Shown piece after piece: positions 30,167-40,399 of a DNA stretch of 64,000 nt. The notes under the pieces were generated by a model. The model was not told the origin of the DNA. It did not search any database and worked only from the letters and a program-made list of their open reading frames with translations. Position numbers and translations under genes: made by a program. Source of the DNA: Candidatus Bathyarchaeota archaeon (lineage in GTDB: Archaea; Thermoproteota; Bathyarchaeia; Bathyarchaeales; Bathycorpusculaceae); NCBI GenBank assembly GCA_963702095.1, contig OY969706.1, positions 2,304,001 to 2,368,000 on the forward strand, in the 5' to 3' direction. How positions within the stretch are numbered: the stretch's first letter is position 1; each line of letters opens with the position of its first letter.

Positions 30167-30207
30167 ACCTCAAAAAAATGGTTATAGGTGACCATTGGTT
30201 GCTTAGT

Positions 30208-30561
30208 TTACCGGCAACCTCTGGCACCGTAACCGTTTCTACCCATGCCTGTGCCCTGCTGCTGGTACTGGTTTTGTTCACAATAACAGAAGCCGTTTTG
30301 GTAGGCGCCTGATCCGCAGCCGCATCCATAACTTTGACCAATCTGGGTGCCGTTGTTGAAGCAGTAGGGTTCGCCGTTTGTGCCGTTAACGCAGTATTGT
30401 GGAGTTTGGTTGGAGTTGCCTGTGATGCAGGGCGACTGGACTTGGTTGTTGGTTGTGGTGTTGAGTTGGGTTTGGGTTGCGAATTGGGCTGCGGTGACGC
30501 CGATTAGGGCTGCTGCGAGGATACCGAGGATGGTTATTGCGAGGATAATTTTTGTTTGCAT
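30208..30561 (-). CDS. Secreted Cys/Gly/Gln-rich small protein
   Basis: Signal peptide, several Cys, and a C-terminal GYGARGCR; GAGGTGA SD. Confidence 0.7.
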   Translation of the reverse strand: MQTKIILAITILGILAAALIGVTAAQFATQTQLNTTTNNQVQSPCITGNSNQTPQYCVNGTNGEPYCFNNGTQIGQSYGCGCGSGAYQNGFCYCEQNQYQQQGTGMGRNGYGARGCR

Positions 30562-30610
30562 ATGTTTTTCACCTCAGGTATCTATTGGGGTTGGTGCGGT
30601 TTGGATGTTG

Positions 30611-30688
30611 GCTGAAACAGATGTGAAACGGTTTTTGAAACGTTTTTCGATGGTGAAAACGCTGTTTGTGCTGAAAAAACCTTAAATC
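30611..30688. promoter_or_regulatory. Operator-like TGAAAC repeat array plus TATA box between divergent genes
   Basis: TGAAAC/TGAAAA at 30613, 30624, 30636, 30654 and 30672; palindromes AAACGGTTT and AAACGTTT; TTAAAT at 30682. Confidence 0.55.
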
Positions 30689-30718
30689 CCCGTGGAACCA
30701 GTCTAAAATAGATATAGC

Positions 30719-31345
30719 ATGAAAAGAGTTAATTTGTTCCTCATCCTACTCATCGCATCCATAACCGCACTGGCAACCGCAACCGCCGTCGGCTTCGCCA
30801 TCTTCTCCACCCAGCAAAACCCAACCAGCTGGATGAGCCAAATGTGGAGCACCCACACCGGCGACAACAGCGGAACAGGAGTGGGCAGCATGATGGGACA
30901 CGACGATACCGTTGTCCAAGCAACCAACGTTTCATATCTACCCTACTATGGCATCCTCTACGCCGTCCTAATCGCCGTAACCGTCATCGGCGTTGTAGGC
31001 CTAAGCTACTATGTGGTTTACCCCCAAATTCGCGTCGGCGCAGCACCGCAGCCAACTTCGATGATTCAGGTAACTGCTTCCTCTGCAAGCCAAGCCGCAA
31101 GTTCCGCATCGGCGTATGAATCTGTCTCTAAAACCCTCACCGAAGACGAACGCAAAGTCATAAGCGTACTCCAAGCCCATCAGGGCAAGTACCTGCAGAA
31201 ATACATCAAAGCTGAAACGGGCTTGAGTCGACTGCAAACCCACCGCATCATCGCCCGACTCTCCGACCGCGGCATCGTCTCACTCGAAAAAGTCGGCAAC
31301 ACCAACCAAGTTACATTGGCAGATTGGCTAAAACAGAAGCAATAG
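30719..31345 (+). CDS. Membrane-anchored winged-helix transcriptional regulator
   Basis: Two TM helices flank an M/H/G-rich loop; C-terminal wHTH (LTEDERKVI...QKYIKAETGLSRLQTHRIIARLSDRGIV). Confidence 0.8.
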   Translation: MKRVNLFLILLIASITALATATAVGFAIFSTQQNPTSWMSQMWSTHTGDNSGTGVGSMMGHDDTVVQATNVSYLPYYGILYAVLIAVTVIGVVGLSYYVVYPQIRVGAAPQPTSMIQVTASSASQAASSASAYESVSKTLTEDERKVISVLQAHQGKYLQKYIKAETGLSRLQTHRIIARLSDRGIVSLEKVGNTNQVTLADWLKQKQ

Positions 31346-31387
31346 TTTGCTGCCTTGCCTACCGCTTCCTCCATTTTGTATTGAGCT

Positions 31388-31547
31388 ATTTCTCTTTATG
31401 TGGGTGTGGCGTTTTATGGGGTGCCACAAGACTGCAAGCGGATGCGGTTGCTTTTTGGGGAATCATTGCGTTTCCGCGTCTGTTTCGGTGTGGGATATGC
31501 TTTTTCTTCCACACGCCATACATGGCTCCATGCAGAGGCCGCCGGGA
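31388..31547 (-). repeat. Dispersed structured intergenic element family B, copy 1
   Basis: Colinear with 62545-62706 (exact 23-mer TCTTTATGTGGGTGTGGCGTTTT) and, in reverse, with 50660-50810. Confidence 0.8.
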
Positions 31548-31726
31548 TGTGTGTGAATACATGTATCGATTGTCTTTTTGTCTTTAAATACAGTGAACAG
31601 CGATGTCAGCGCAATGCAAGCGGGCACTAACATGAAGTACCCATCAATGTCACACCCCCACTTTAGTCAATAATCCTTGACGAACACCCTTTTATCTCAC
31701 CAAATCCAGAGCCATATTGAAGTAAC

Positions 31727-32761
31727 ATGACCTTCGCTCAACCAAACACTCCAAAGCCCAAACGATTCGGTATAAAATCCGTCGTGGCTGTGCTTTTGGT
31801 TATTGCGCTTGCCGCTACCGCCTTTACTTTGGTTGTCAGCTACGGCGTTGCTACTCCACAGGAGAGTACAGTTAATCCTGAACCGCAACTCTTTGGTAAC
31901 GAAGCCAGAGGCTGGCAATTCATCAAAACCGTCCTCGCCATAGACACCGCAAAATACAACGTCACCGTCAGAAGCAATAATGTGCCGCCGCCCATTTTTG
32001 CCACCCCAGAACAGATCGCGAATTTCCCGTCCGATGTAATGTACAATTTGAATTCAACACAGAGCACACTTACTGTTTCATGCTCTTTTATCAAGGGCAA
32101 CCTAACAGCCTCCCACCTCTACCTCTACACAGGAACCGTCATAACAAAGCAACCCTTGAGCAGCAACCTAACCGAGGCAGCCATAAACTTCCTCACTACG
32201 TACCAGAACTTTAGCGGACGCAACGTATCGGATATGCTTCAGACACTGGATGGAATAAACTTGGTTAACGGCAGCACCGTTCAGTTGGGCGACCTTAAAT
32301 TTAATGCTACGCACCGAGACCTCACGGGCACGGTCTTCGGTGACAGTGTAGACTTTAGCTGGGTGAACATTTACAGCGGCTGCGAATACCGTGCGCTTTC
32401 AGTCTCTTTCCAAGATGGGCATTTCGGCAGCTTCATCGACAATCGCCAATGGTACCAAATCGGCGACACAACAGTCAACGTTTCAGCTCAGCAAGCCATA
32501 GACATCGCACTTAATGCCGCAGAGAGCTATTCCTACAAGATGTCTGACGATTGGTGGATAAGCGAATTCAACATCACACGCACCGAAGCCATACTGTATC
32601 CGCAGTCCAGGGGCAGCGTATGGTACCCCTGCTGGACAGTCAACCTCTACTTCGACAAAACTTACCCTGGGAGTGTGCATGGAATAATGGTTTTTGTTTG
32701 GGCTGGTTCAGGAGAAGTACAAAGCATCGGCAATATCGCCTATGCTTCACCAGACGATTAA
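31727..32761 (+). CDS. Membrane-anchored exported hypothetical protein with PepSY-like C-terminus
   Basis: N-terminal TM helix; 'VSAQQAIDIA...YPCWTV...VWAGSGEV' pattern. Confidence 0.7.
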   Translation: MTFAQPNTPKPKRFGIKSVVAVLLVIALAATAFTLVVSYGVATPQESTVNPEPQLFGNEARGWQFIKTVLAIDTAKYNVTVRSNNVPPPIFATPEQIANFPSDVMYNLNSTQSTLTVSCSFIKGNLTASHLYLYTGTVITKQPLSSNLTEAAINFLTTYQNFSGRNVSDMLQTLDGINLVNGSTVQLGDLKFNATHRDLTGTVFGDSVDFSWVNIYSGCEYRALSVSFQDGHFGSFIDNRQWYQIGDTTVNVSAQQAIDIALNAAESYSYKMSDDWWISEFNITRTEAILYPQSRGSVWYPCWTVNLYFDKTYPGSVHGIMVFVWAGSGEVQSIGNIAYASPDD

Positions 32762-32833
32762 CACGCCAGAGGGGGGTCCTCTGATTCCCCCAAAATTTTT
32801 GTATAAAGAGCCGAAACTATTAGCAGTGGAATA

Positions 32834-34020
32834 ATGGAAAAAGCCCAGTCACCCAAAATCGGCAATAAACCTAAGGGGATACTTCTAATCGCTATCGTCG
32901 TCTTCGCCAGCGCCATACTTGTCTACACACAGCAGCCCACAAAAGAAAAAAGCCCATCAACCGACACTTTCTATTTCGGCGTCTCCTTCGGCGGCGACAC
33001 CCCCCAAGAAGCCAAAACCCTAATCGACAAAGTCAAAAACTACACCAACCTCATCCTCATAAACTCCTATCCACTTATGACAAACGAAACAGCACTAAAC
33101 GAAGTCTGCGACTATGCCTTCCAAGCAAACCTCAAATTCATCGTCTATTTCCAATTTATTTCTAGGATCGTTCATCCTTGGCATCAAATCTGGCTTGTCT
33201 CTGCGGAGCAACGGTGGGGTGATAGGTTTTTGGGTGTTCACTTCATGGATGAACCAGGTGGGAAACAAATCGATACCCGAGAGCCCGTTACTAACGCTTC
33301 CAGCTATAGTGATGCCGCCAACCAATTCATCTACAACATCACGGCTTCTAACAGCATGGCAGATGCAAAAAACAAAAGCATCAGCACATTCACATCCGAC
33401 TATGCACTCTACTGGTGGGATTACCTTGCAGGTTACGACACGGTTTTTGCAGAGTTAGGCTGGGGACTTAGTTCAACGCGGCAGATAGCGCTTTGCCGTG
33501 GAGCCGCTGATATGCAGGGAAAGGATTGGGGTGCTATAATCGTGTGGACATACAATGATCCACCTTATCTGGCAAGCGCCCAAGAAATCTACGTCGACAT
33601 GTTATCCGCCTACAATGCAGGCGCAAAATACGTTGTAGTCTTCAATTACCCAACTTATCCAGAAGGAAATCTCTATGGCATCCTCTCAGAGGCGCATTTG
33701 GCAGCCATGGAGCGATTCTACAACTACACGCTTGAGAACCCTCGGGAGAACGGCGGCGTAGTGCATGGTGATGTGGCTTTGGTTTTACCGAAAGATTACG
33801 CTTGGGGCATGAGGCACAATCAATACATAACTAACGACAAAATCTGGGGCATATGGCCGAAGATGACAAAGCATCGCTCATTAGAAATAACACCGAGAAA
33901 CTGCTAAACAAGTACGGGTTGCAACTTGACATAATCTACGAAGACGAAAGATTCGATTTTAACGGCAAATACTCAAGGGTTTTCTTATGGAACACTACCC
34001 AGCCCTATTTGCCTCCGTAG
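32834..34020 (+). CDS. Exported hypothetical protein, possibly TIM-barrel glycoside-hydrolase-like (frameshift ~33860)
   Basis: N-terminal TM; DEPGGKQID and DYALYWWDYLAGYD motifs. The shifted frame continues DDKASLIRNNTEKLLNKYGLQLDIIYED to TAG 34020. Confidence 0.7.
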
Positions 34021-34170
34021 GCTTGTGGTTGTATCGCCCCTACTGCAAACGCTTTTACGTTTAAACCCGCTGAGTTTTGGTAAGTGACTTGCCCCAGAGT
34101 CGGGCATAACCTATTTCTGGAGAACAACGATAAGAGGTTCAACCCCATGGTTTTAGTTGAAGGATTAGAA

Positions 34171-34497
34171 ATGCAAGCGAAACACATACCAAAAAAGCAA
34201 CTCGTCGCCGCATGGAAAACATTAAGCGACAAACCGGTCCCAAACGTCAAGATGCTCCGGCTCAGCGACGACGACTTCAACCATGTCCTGCAGCACCGCC
34301 GCTGCCTCGAAGACGACCTCCGAGAAATCGAGGAATGGGGACGAGTGCTCCCAACAAAGGGAACGGACGCATGCATCTTTAACAGCGAAGGAGACAACGA
34401 TGCAGACTATATCATACTGGTCAGAGAAACCCCCTACCACACACTGGAAGAAATTATTTTGCATGAATTGAGGCACATCGCCAACGGCGACCTCTAA
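34171..34497 (+). CDS. Small hypothetical protein with HExxH motif
   Basis: C-terminal 'EIILHELRHI' zincin-like motif. Confidence 0.6.
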   Translation: MQAKHIPKKQLVAAWKTLSDKPVPNVKMLRLSDDDFNHVLQHRRCLEDDLREIEEWGRVLPTKGTDACIFNSEGDNDADYIILVRETPYHTLEEIILHELRHIANGDL

Positions 34498-35438
34498 CCA
34501 AGGATACAGGCACCAGCTTCTTTAAACAGCCTCAACCCCTCGACGCTGGGCAAATCAGCAAAATACAACATGAAATAGGTAACGCCCAAGTCTACGTAGG
34601 CTTGGAAGCCGCGGATGCAGTCTTCAGCGGTGCCCACTAAAGTGAACTGTTTAAAGTCTTCAAGCGAAGTACCCTCAGGCTTGTACCTGGCGATTTTTTC
34701 TTCCAGCTCTTTATGGTCGGCTGCAACTAATATTTGCCCGCTTGGCCAGCAGGACAGCTCTATTTGCTTGAAATCTCGGCCAACAAGTTCACAATTTCGC
34801 TGCAGAATAGACAATTTACGCCGATACTCCTCTATGGAGGGCAAAAAGCCCCAGTCGATGCGGTCAGCGTATTTGGCGGCAACTTTTAAGGTGTATTTTT
34901 CTCCGCTGCCCCCCACAATGATGGGCGGATGGGGCTTCTGTTTGGGTTTAGGTTCGCATGCGGCGTCTTTTAAGGCGTAGTATTTGCCTTGGTAGTTGGC
35001 TTTTGGGTATGTCCAGAGGCGCCGTATAACTTCTAAAGCCTCCTCCAACTGCGCTATTCTCACAGCGGGCTTGGGGAAACCGAAACCGTAAGCCTGATGC
35101 TCAGCCTCCTGTACGCCTGCGCCTATGCCGAACTCCAATCTGCCCTGAGAAACCACGTCCAATGTGGCAGCGGTTTTGGCGAGTAATGCGGGGTTGTGGT
35201 GGGCATTGCAGGTTACCATGGTGCCGAGGTGGATTCTGCTGGTTGAAGCCGCAAGCGCAGAGAGCGTGGTCCAGCATTCTAGAATGGGGGTGTCTTTGTA
35301 CATGAGGTGGTCGTCGAGCCAAACTGAGTCGTAGCCCAGCCGTTCGCATTCCAAAACGAGGTTTTTTAGCTGCTCAAAGTAATCTGCTGTTTTGAAGGCA
35401 TAGAAGGGGAGGAAGACTCCGAATTTGATTTTGCCCAC
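34494..35438 (-). CDS. LLM class (probably F420-dependent) oxidoreductase
   Basis: GYDSVWLDDH, LDVVSQGRLEFGIGAG and PKPKQKPHPPIIVGGSGEK motifs. Confidence 0.9.
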   Translation of the reverse strand: MGKIKFGVFLPFYAFKTADYFEQLKNLVLECERLGYDSVWLDDHLMYKDTPILECWTTLSALAASTSRIHLGTMVTCNAHHNPALLAKTAATLDVVSQGRLEFGIGAGVQEAEHQAYGFGFPKPAVRIAQLEEALEVIRRLWTYPKANYQGKYYALKDAACEPKPKQKPHPPIIVGGSGEKYTLKVAAKYADRIDWGFLPSIEEYRRKLSILQRNCELVGRDFKQIELSCWPSGQILVAADHKELEEKIARYKPEGTSLEDFKQFTLVGTAEDCIRGFQAYVDLGVTYFMLYFADLPSVEGLRLFKEAGACILG

Positions 35439-35477
35439 GCAGTGCACCGACGCTTACACATTTGGGTGCTTGGCGTA

Positions 35478-36917
35478 TTAGGTTTTAGGTTGTTTTCGAC
35501 GGTCTTCTCTGCCCCTGAAATAAGAAAAGACACCCGCTATAATCAAGATCCCTATGGAAGCGTAGAAAGCGTTGTGTATACCAAGCAGGAACGCGTTGCT
35601 GACGCCGCCGCTTAGATTCGAGGTGCCGATGAACACTTCAAACGCCACCGACCGCGGAACAGAAGCTGCCGCAACCGAAATCGCCAACACATAGCTGCCT
35701 ACCAACCCAATGTTCTGCACGGTTCGGAGTAGTCCTGAGATGCTGCCGAAGGAGCCTTGTCTCGCGTTTGCCATGACTGCGCTGTTGTTAGCAGGGAAAA
35801 ACATCGATGTGCCCAACCCTGACACTGCCGAGCCAATCAAAACTATGTAGAGCGGCGAAGTGGTGGTCATGGTTAGGTAGATGAGTATTGCAAGGGCTAA
35901 GAAGAACACGCCTGCAGTCGCGATCCCCCGCGACCCATACTTGTCGCTTAGCCTGCCCATGACTGGACCCAAAAAGCTGCCTGCAACGTAACCCGGCACC
36001 AACAGCAACGAAGCATCCAGCGGAGAGAGCCCCCGTATACCCTGCAAATACATTATCAACAGGAAGACGACGCTGAAGTAGCCGACGCTGAGGAAAAAGG
36101 CGGCATAGATGGCGTTACGCAGTACCCTGATTTTTAGGGCTTCAAAGTCGATGAGGGGGTTGTCTAATCGGCGGTCGTAGAGTATGAAAACAGGGATTAA
36201 CACGGCTCCCACAACAATTAAAATGGCGCTGAAGACGCTGAGTCCCTGCGCGGCAAAGCTAACCAAGCCCAAAGTAAGAAGAACCAAGGCGGTAGCCAAC
36301 AAGGCCATGCCTGCAATGTCGAGCTTCTTGTGTGTTTTTCCGGTGTCTTTTAGGTATTTCAACCCAATGGCTGCTGCCACGGCGCCGATGGGGATGTTTA
36401 TAAAGAAAATGAATTGCCAACCAAAGAAAGTTGTCAATATACCGCCTAAAACTATGCCAAGCATGGCGCCGGCGGTGAACCCCAACGAGTTGTACCCGTA
36501 TGCTCTGCCGCGGACTTGGGGCGGAAAAACATCTGCGATGATGGCGCCGCTGGTAGCCTGCAAAATCGCTCCGCCGACCCCCTGCACAATCCTAAACGCT
36601 ATGAGCATGTAGATGTTGAAGGAGAAGCCGCATAAGGCTGAGCCTACGGTGAAGATTAGGAAGCCTATGTTGAAGATTTTGCTGCGTCCGTAGCTGTCGC
36701 CGATTCTGCCCATCTGTGTGGTGGCAACGGCGAGCACCAGCAAGTAAGCAATGATGACCCAGATTGTGGTGGCGAGGTCTGAGTGGAGACTGTCGTTTAT
36801 GACTGGAAACGCCAAGAGCACAATCGTGCTGTCCAAGGCGCCCATCATGGTTCCCAGTACGATGACGGCTAAGATGATTCGACTGTGAGGGGAAGCTGGC
36901 GTTTGGAGTTGACTCAT
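35478..36917 (-). CDS. MFS transporter, DHA2 (14-TM) family
   Basis: MGALDSTIV, GRIGDSYGR and WQFIFFINIPIG motifs. Confidence 0.9.
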   Translation of the reverse strand: MSQLQTPASPHSRIILAVIVLGTMMGALDSTIVLLAFPVINDSLHSDLATTIWVIIAYLLVLAVATTQMGRIGDSYGRSKIFNIGFLIFTVGSALCGFSFNIYMLIAFRIVQGVGGAILQATSGAIIADVFPPQVRGRAYGYNSLGFTAGAMLGIVLGGILTTFFGWQFIFFINIPIGAVAAAIGLKYLKDTGKTHKKLDIAGMALLATALVLLTLGLVSFAAQGLSVFSAILIVVGAVLIPVFILYDRRLDNPLIDFEALKIRVLRNAIYAAFFLSVGYFSVVFLLIMYLQGIRGLSPLDASLLLVPGYVAGSFLGPVMGRLSDKYGSRGIATAGVFFLALAILIYLTMTTTSPLYIVLIGSAVSGLGTSMFFPANNSAVMANARQGSFGSISGLLRTVQNIGLVGSYVLAISVAAASVPRSVAFEVFIGTSNLSGGVSNAFLLGIHNAFYASIGILIIAGVFSYFRGREDRRKQPKT

Positions 36918-37098
36918 CACATGCCTCTTCAAACAAATAAAAACAGTAACTTCCGCCGAGATTTAAAGGCGGCGACCCCGAAACCAAGCAACCGCTCAAT
37001 AAACAGCCAAAATCCTTGGTTAATTCATATTAAGTTTGGATAAAGTAATTATAATTCAAAAAAGCATTCTAAACCAAACTACCCTAGTGAATTCAAAG

Positions 37099-37620
37099 AT
37101 GCCGGACAAGCCGCCTTCTATATTCGATTTGATGGAAGAAGAGAGCGCAGCGGTTGACGAGGAAGAAGAAAAACGCAAAAGACGACAGGAACTCCTCGCA
37201 CCCACAGGAGTCAAAGAACTCTTTAAAGACGGCAAAATCACCATCAACAAATTCACCTGCGTCGGCGGCCAATGCAAAATCTGCATCCAAAAATGCCCCA
37301 CCAACGCGCTGTATTGGGGCAGCGGCGAAGTCGGCATAATCGAGGACCTCTGCGTGTACTGCGGCGCCTGCGTGGCTAACTGCATGGTGGATAACTGCAT
37401 AAAAATCGAGCGTATCCGAGACGACGGCACCACAGAAAAATTCAGCAAGGTCGCCGATGTGGTCAAGATGGCTGAGCGGTTAAACACTAAGAAACGGTTT
37501 GAAAGAGTAAAAACCAACGCGGTTATCCTAAGATGCCGCTACAAAGGTGGCAAAGACAAAAACAAGGACTACCGTAAATTAAGGCAGCTCTATGCAAAAG
37601 ACGAAAACGAAGTTCTATAG
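37099..37620 (+). CDS. 4Fe-4S dicluster domain protein
   Basis: CVGGQCKICIQKCP and CVYCGACVANC motifs. Confidence 0.8.
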   Translation: MPDKPPSIFDLMEEESAAVDEEEEKRKRRQELLAPTGVKELFKDGKITINKFTCVGGQCKICIQKCPTNALYWGSGEVGIIEDLCVYCGACVANCMVDNCIKIERIRDDGTTEKFSKVADVVKMAERLNTKKRFERVKTNAVILRCRYKGGKDKNKDYRKLRQLYAKDENEVL

Positions 37621-37700
37621 CCCCTCATGGCAAAGAAGATAAGCGGACAGATAAACTGATAAGTAAAAACATTGTTTTACACACCCAAAGTGGATAACCT

Positions 37701-38714
37701 ATGAAAACTTACAGCATAGCTGCCCTCAAAGGCGACGGCATCGGACCCGAAGTCACCGAAGCCACCGTCAGAGTGCTGCAAGCAGTTGAGAAAAAAGTAG
37801 ACTTCAAACTTAACTTCCTCTATGGAGAAGCAGGAGCACACTGCATACCCCAACAGGGCACAAACCTCCCAAAAGAAACAGTTGAGCTTATCAAGCAGAC
37901 TAACGCCTGCCTCAAAGGTCCCATGACTACCCCAGAGGAGCCTGGTGCACCAGTCAGCGTAGCAGTCACACTGCGGCGAATGTTTAACCTCTATGCTAAC
38001 GTGCGTCCATGCCGCACTTTCCCCAACGTTGAAAGCCTAAAACCCAACATCGACCTCGTGGTTGTCCGAGAGAACACAGAGGGCATGTACTCGGGGATGG
38101 AATCGGTTTTGGCGCCAGGCGTCGGTGTTGCACTCAGAATAATCACAAAAGAAGCCTCTTTGAAAGTGGCGGAATTCGCCTTTAAACTGGCGATGCAACG
38201 CAGAAAGCACTTAACTTACATTCACAAAGGCAACATCCTACGCGTCACCGACGGCATCTTCAAAGACGCCGTTAAAGAAGCCCAACAGAACTACCCTGAA
38301 GTTGAAGTGGACGACCTCCACATCGACGCAGCCACCATGCAGCTTATCAAGCAACCCGAAAAATACGACGTTATGGTCACAACCAACCTCTTCGGCGACA
38401 TCATCAGTGACGAAGCAGCACAGGTCACCGGCAGCTTAGGCTTAGCGGCAGGCGCAAACATCGGCGCAGTCTACGGCATGTTTGAACCGGTCCATGGCAG
38501 CGCACCCAAATACACGGGCATGAACCGCGTTAACCCCATCGCAACCATAATGGCTGGGGCGATGATGCTGGATTGGCTCGGCGAGAAAGCGGCGGCAAAG
38601 AAAATCGAGGATGCCGTGATAGCTGTGCTCAAAGAGGGCAAAGTCAGGACCCACGATTTAGGCGGCTCAGCGAAGGGCACAGAAATAACAGACGCTATAA
38701 TAGCTAACATTTAG
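37701..38714 (+). CDS. Isocitrate/isopropylmalate dehydrogenase family (LeuB/AksF-like)
   Basis: GDGIGPEV, VRENTEG, NLFGDIISD and FEPVHGSAP motifs. Confidence 0.9.
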   Translation: MKTYSIAALKGDGIGPEVTEATVRVLQAVEKKVDFKLNFLYGEAGAHCIPQQGTNLPKETVELIKQTNACLKGPMTTPEEPGAPVSVAVTLRRMFNLYANVRPCRTFPNVESLKPNIDLVVVRENTEGMYSGMESVLAPGVGVALRIITKEASLKVAEFAFKLAMQRRKHLTYIHKGNILRVTDGIFKDAVKEAQQNYPEVEVDDLHIDAATMQLIKQPEKYDVMVTTNLFGDIISDEAAQVTGSLGLAAGANIGAVYGMFEPVHGSAPKYTGMNRVNPIATIMAGAMMLDWLGEKAAAKKIEDAVIAVLKEGKVRTHDLGGSAKGTEITDAIIANI

Positions 38715-39547
38715 GTGCCTACAAAGGTGTTGGAGTCAACATGGACTTCAACCGCACCACCTTTTGCTTCTTTCACTCTTGCATTCACCAGCAGCAACCG
38801 CGCACTTTCACGGAGCGCTTTTTCGAGTTCTTCCACTTTCTCGTTCCACACAACCACCGTCACCTCACCCGAATCATCCCGAAGCGCCAACCGCAACACC
38901 ACGCCATCGCTGTCATCGCCTCGTTTGAAGCCGCTTTTACCATAAACCGCCTTCACATTGCCAGTAAGGTGTACGTTGCCCATGTTTGGGTTTAGGGTGC
39001 CGATTTTTGTTGTAAAGCGTTCGATGGGTGGGATTTCGCCTGTTTTTTCTGGGGGTTGAAGTTCAATTAGGCTTTTGTTGCCCAAGTGCAACTCGGTTTT
39101 TCCATAGCGGTCTTCCCTTGTGTAAGCATGCAGCAGTTTGACGGCTTGCCCCGCTTTCAACTCGCCCCGCTCAACTAACTCAGCCTTCTCGTTCCAGAGC
39201 ATAACCCGCAGCAGCCCCTCGCTGTCGCCCAGCATTAACGTTGCGAATTTACCTGATTTCTCCTCGCCCTGAAATGTCTTCACAGGGAAAACAGCGATTA
39301 AGCGCCCTGCAATGTTAACGTCGTATAAGCCTGGGAATAGGCGGGCTGAGGAAACTGTGCTGCAGTTTTGATAGCAGTTTTGCTGGACTTGGACGCCCAT
39401 TTTTGCGGCGATTAACCGTAGCAGTGTTTCGTCACCGAGTAACCCGTTGGTTCTGGCGCGTTCCGCTTCAAGTCGCTCCAGAATCTGGGTTCGGGTCACC
39501 AGTGGGTTTTTGGCTTGAATTTCCCCGATGAGCTCTTGAGTGGTCAT
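38711..39547 (-). CDS. Replication protein A / OB-fold ssDNA-binding protein
   Basis: Two OB folds (LGDSEGLLRVMLWNEK and LRDDSGEVTVVVWNEK). Confidence 0.85.
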   Translation of the reverse strand: MTTQELIGEIQAKNPLVTRTQILERLEAERARTNGLLGDETLLRLIAAKMGVQVQQNCYQNCSTVSSARLFPGLYDVNIAGRLIAVFPVKTFQGEEKSGKFATLMLGDSEGLLRVMLWNEKAELVERGELKAGQAVKLLHAYTREDRYGKTELHLGNKSLIELQPPEKTGEIPPIERFTTKIGTLNPNMGNVHLTGNVKAVYGKSGFKRGDDSDGVVLRLALRDDSGEVTVVVWNEKVEELEKALRESARLLLVNARVKEAKGGAVEVHVDSNTFVGT

Positions 39548-39654
39548 TTTGCGCCGAAACCCTAAAGCGTCTTGGAGCTTTTAATTTTTTGCATTCCCAC
39601 GGCTATTCTGCTACATTTATTAAAACGGGTGTTTCTATTCTGTTGGGTGCCTGT

Positions 39655-39927
39655 ATGGTTGATTTAACAGTTTTTTACTCGTTAGGCACAGCTTTAGTTG
39701 TCGTAGGCATAATCGTAATCGTCTTGGCGATTATCCTTGCTTCCAAGGGCTCCAAAAAAAAGGGACATCAAGGGCGGGTGCGGGGAGCAGGAGTCATCAT
39801 GATTGGACCCATACCCATAATTTTTGGCACAGACAAAAAATCAGTCAAAACAGTTTTAGCGTTGGCAGTAGCGCTCTCAGTAGTGGTTTTAATTATTTTG
39901 ATAGTTTATTATTGGTTGCTGAGGTAG
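39655..39927 (+). CDS. DUF131 (TIGR00304) membrane protein
   Basis: GAGVIMIGPIPIIFGTD motif between TM helices. Confidence 0.85.
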   Translation: MVDLTVFYSLGTALVVVGIIVIVLAIILASKGSKKKGHQGRVRGAGVIMIGPIPIIFGTDKKSVKTVLALAVALSVVVLIILIVYYWLLR

Positions 39928-39934
39928 AAGCGAA

Positions 39935-40225
39935 ATGTTAAGCGATGATGAAAAGGAAGATGGGTTCGCTGTTTCTGGCAGGCTCTTTACTTTTCTGTTG
40001 CTGGGGTTAGCTTTGGTTTTCATAGGCGTCGCCGTGATTGTGGTTGCTTCTATAGCGTTGGGCGGGGGCAGTGTTGGCGGCGTAATCTTCATCGGTCCCA
40101 TACCCATAGTTTTCGGCGTTGGACCCGACGCAGCCTGGTTAATCCTCATAAGCGTAGTCATTTCAGTAATCAGTATAGTTTTGTTTTTGGTAATGAGTAG
40201 AAGGGCTAAAAGAATCGAAGAGTAG
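39935..40225 (+). CDS. DUF131 (TIGR00304) membrane protein, tandem paralog
   Basis: GGVIFIGPIPIVFG motif. Confidence 0.85.
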   Translation: MLSDDEKEDGFAVSGRLFTFLLLGLALVFIGVAVIVVASIALGGGSVGGVIFIGPIPIVFGVGPDAAWLILISVVISVISIVLFLVMSRRAKRIEE

Positions 40226-40234
40226 ATGGGTTTT

Positions 40235-40357
40235 TTATTCGGGTATTTGCTCTTCTTCTCGCCCATAGTAAGAGTATAGGAAGATTAAAGCTAAAGCAAT
40301 GAATACTGAGCCCATCAAGATGTATTGGAGCGTTAGGAAGTATGCGCCTAAATCCAT
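40235..40357 (-). CDS. 40-aa single-TM small protein (not in the ORF track)
   Basis: MDLGAYFLTLQYILMGSVFIALALIFLYSYYGREEEQIPE; GAGG SD upstream. Confidence 0.6.
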   Translation of the reverse strand: MDLGAYFLTLQYILMGSVFIALALIFLYSYYGREEEQIPE

Positions 40358-40399
40358 TGAGGTTCCTCTATGTACTCCTAATCTTGTTACTCTTCATAT

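Noticed and set aside
31388-31560. Family-B element read as a Cys/His-rich peptide with in-frame TGA (selenocysteine)
   Set aside because: The TGA codons fall at different positions in the copies and do not align with Cys, copy 2 does not keep the frame, and most substitutions are non-synonymous.
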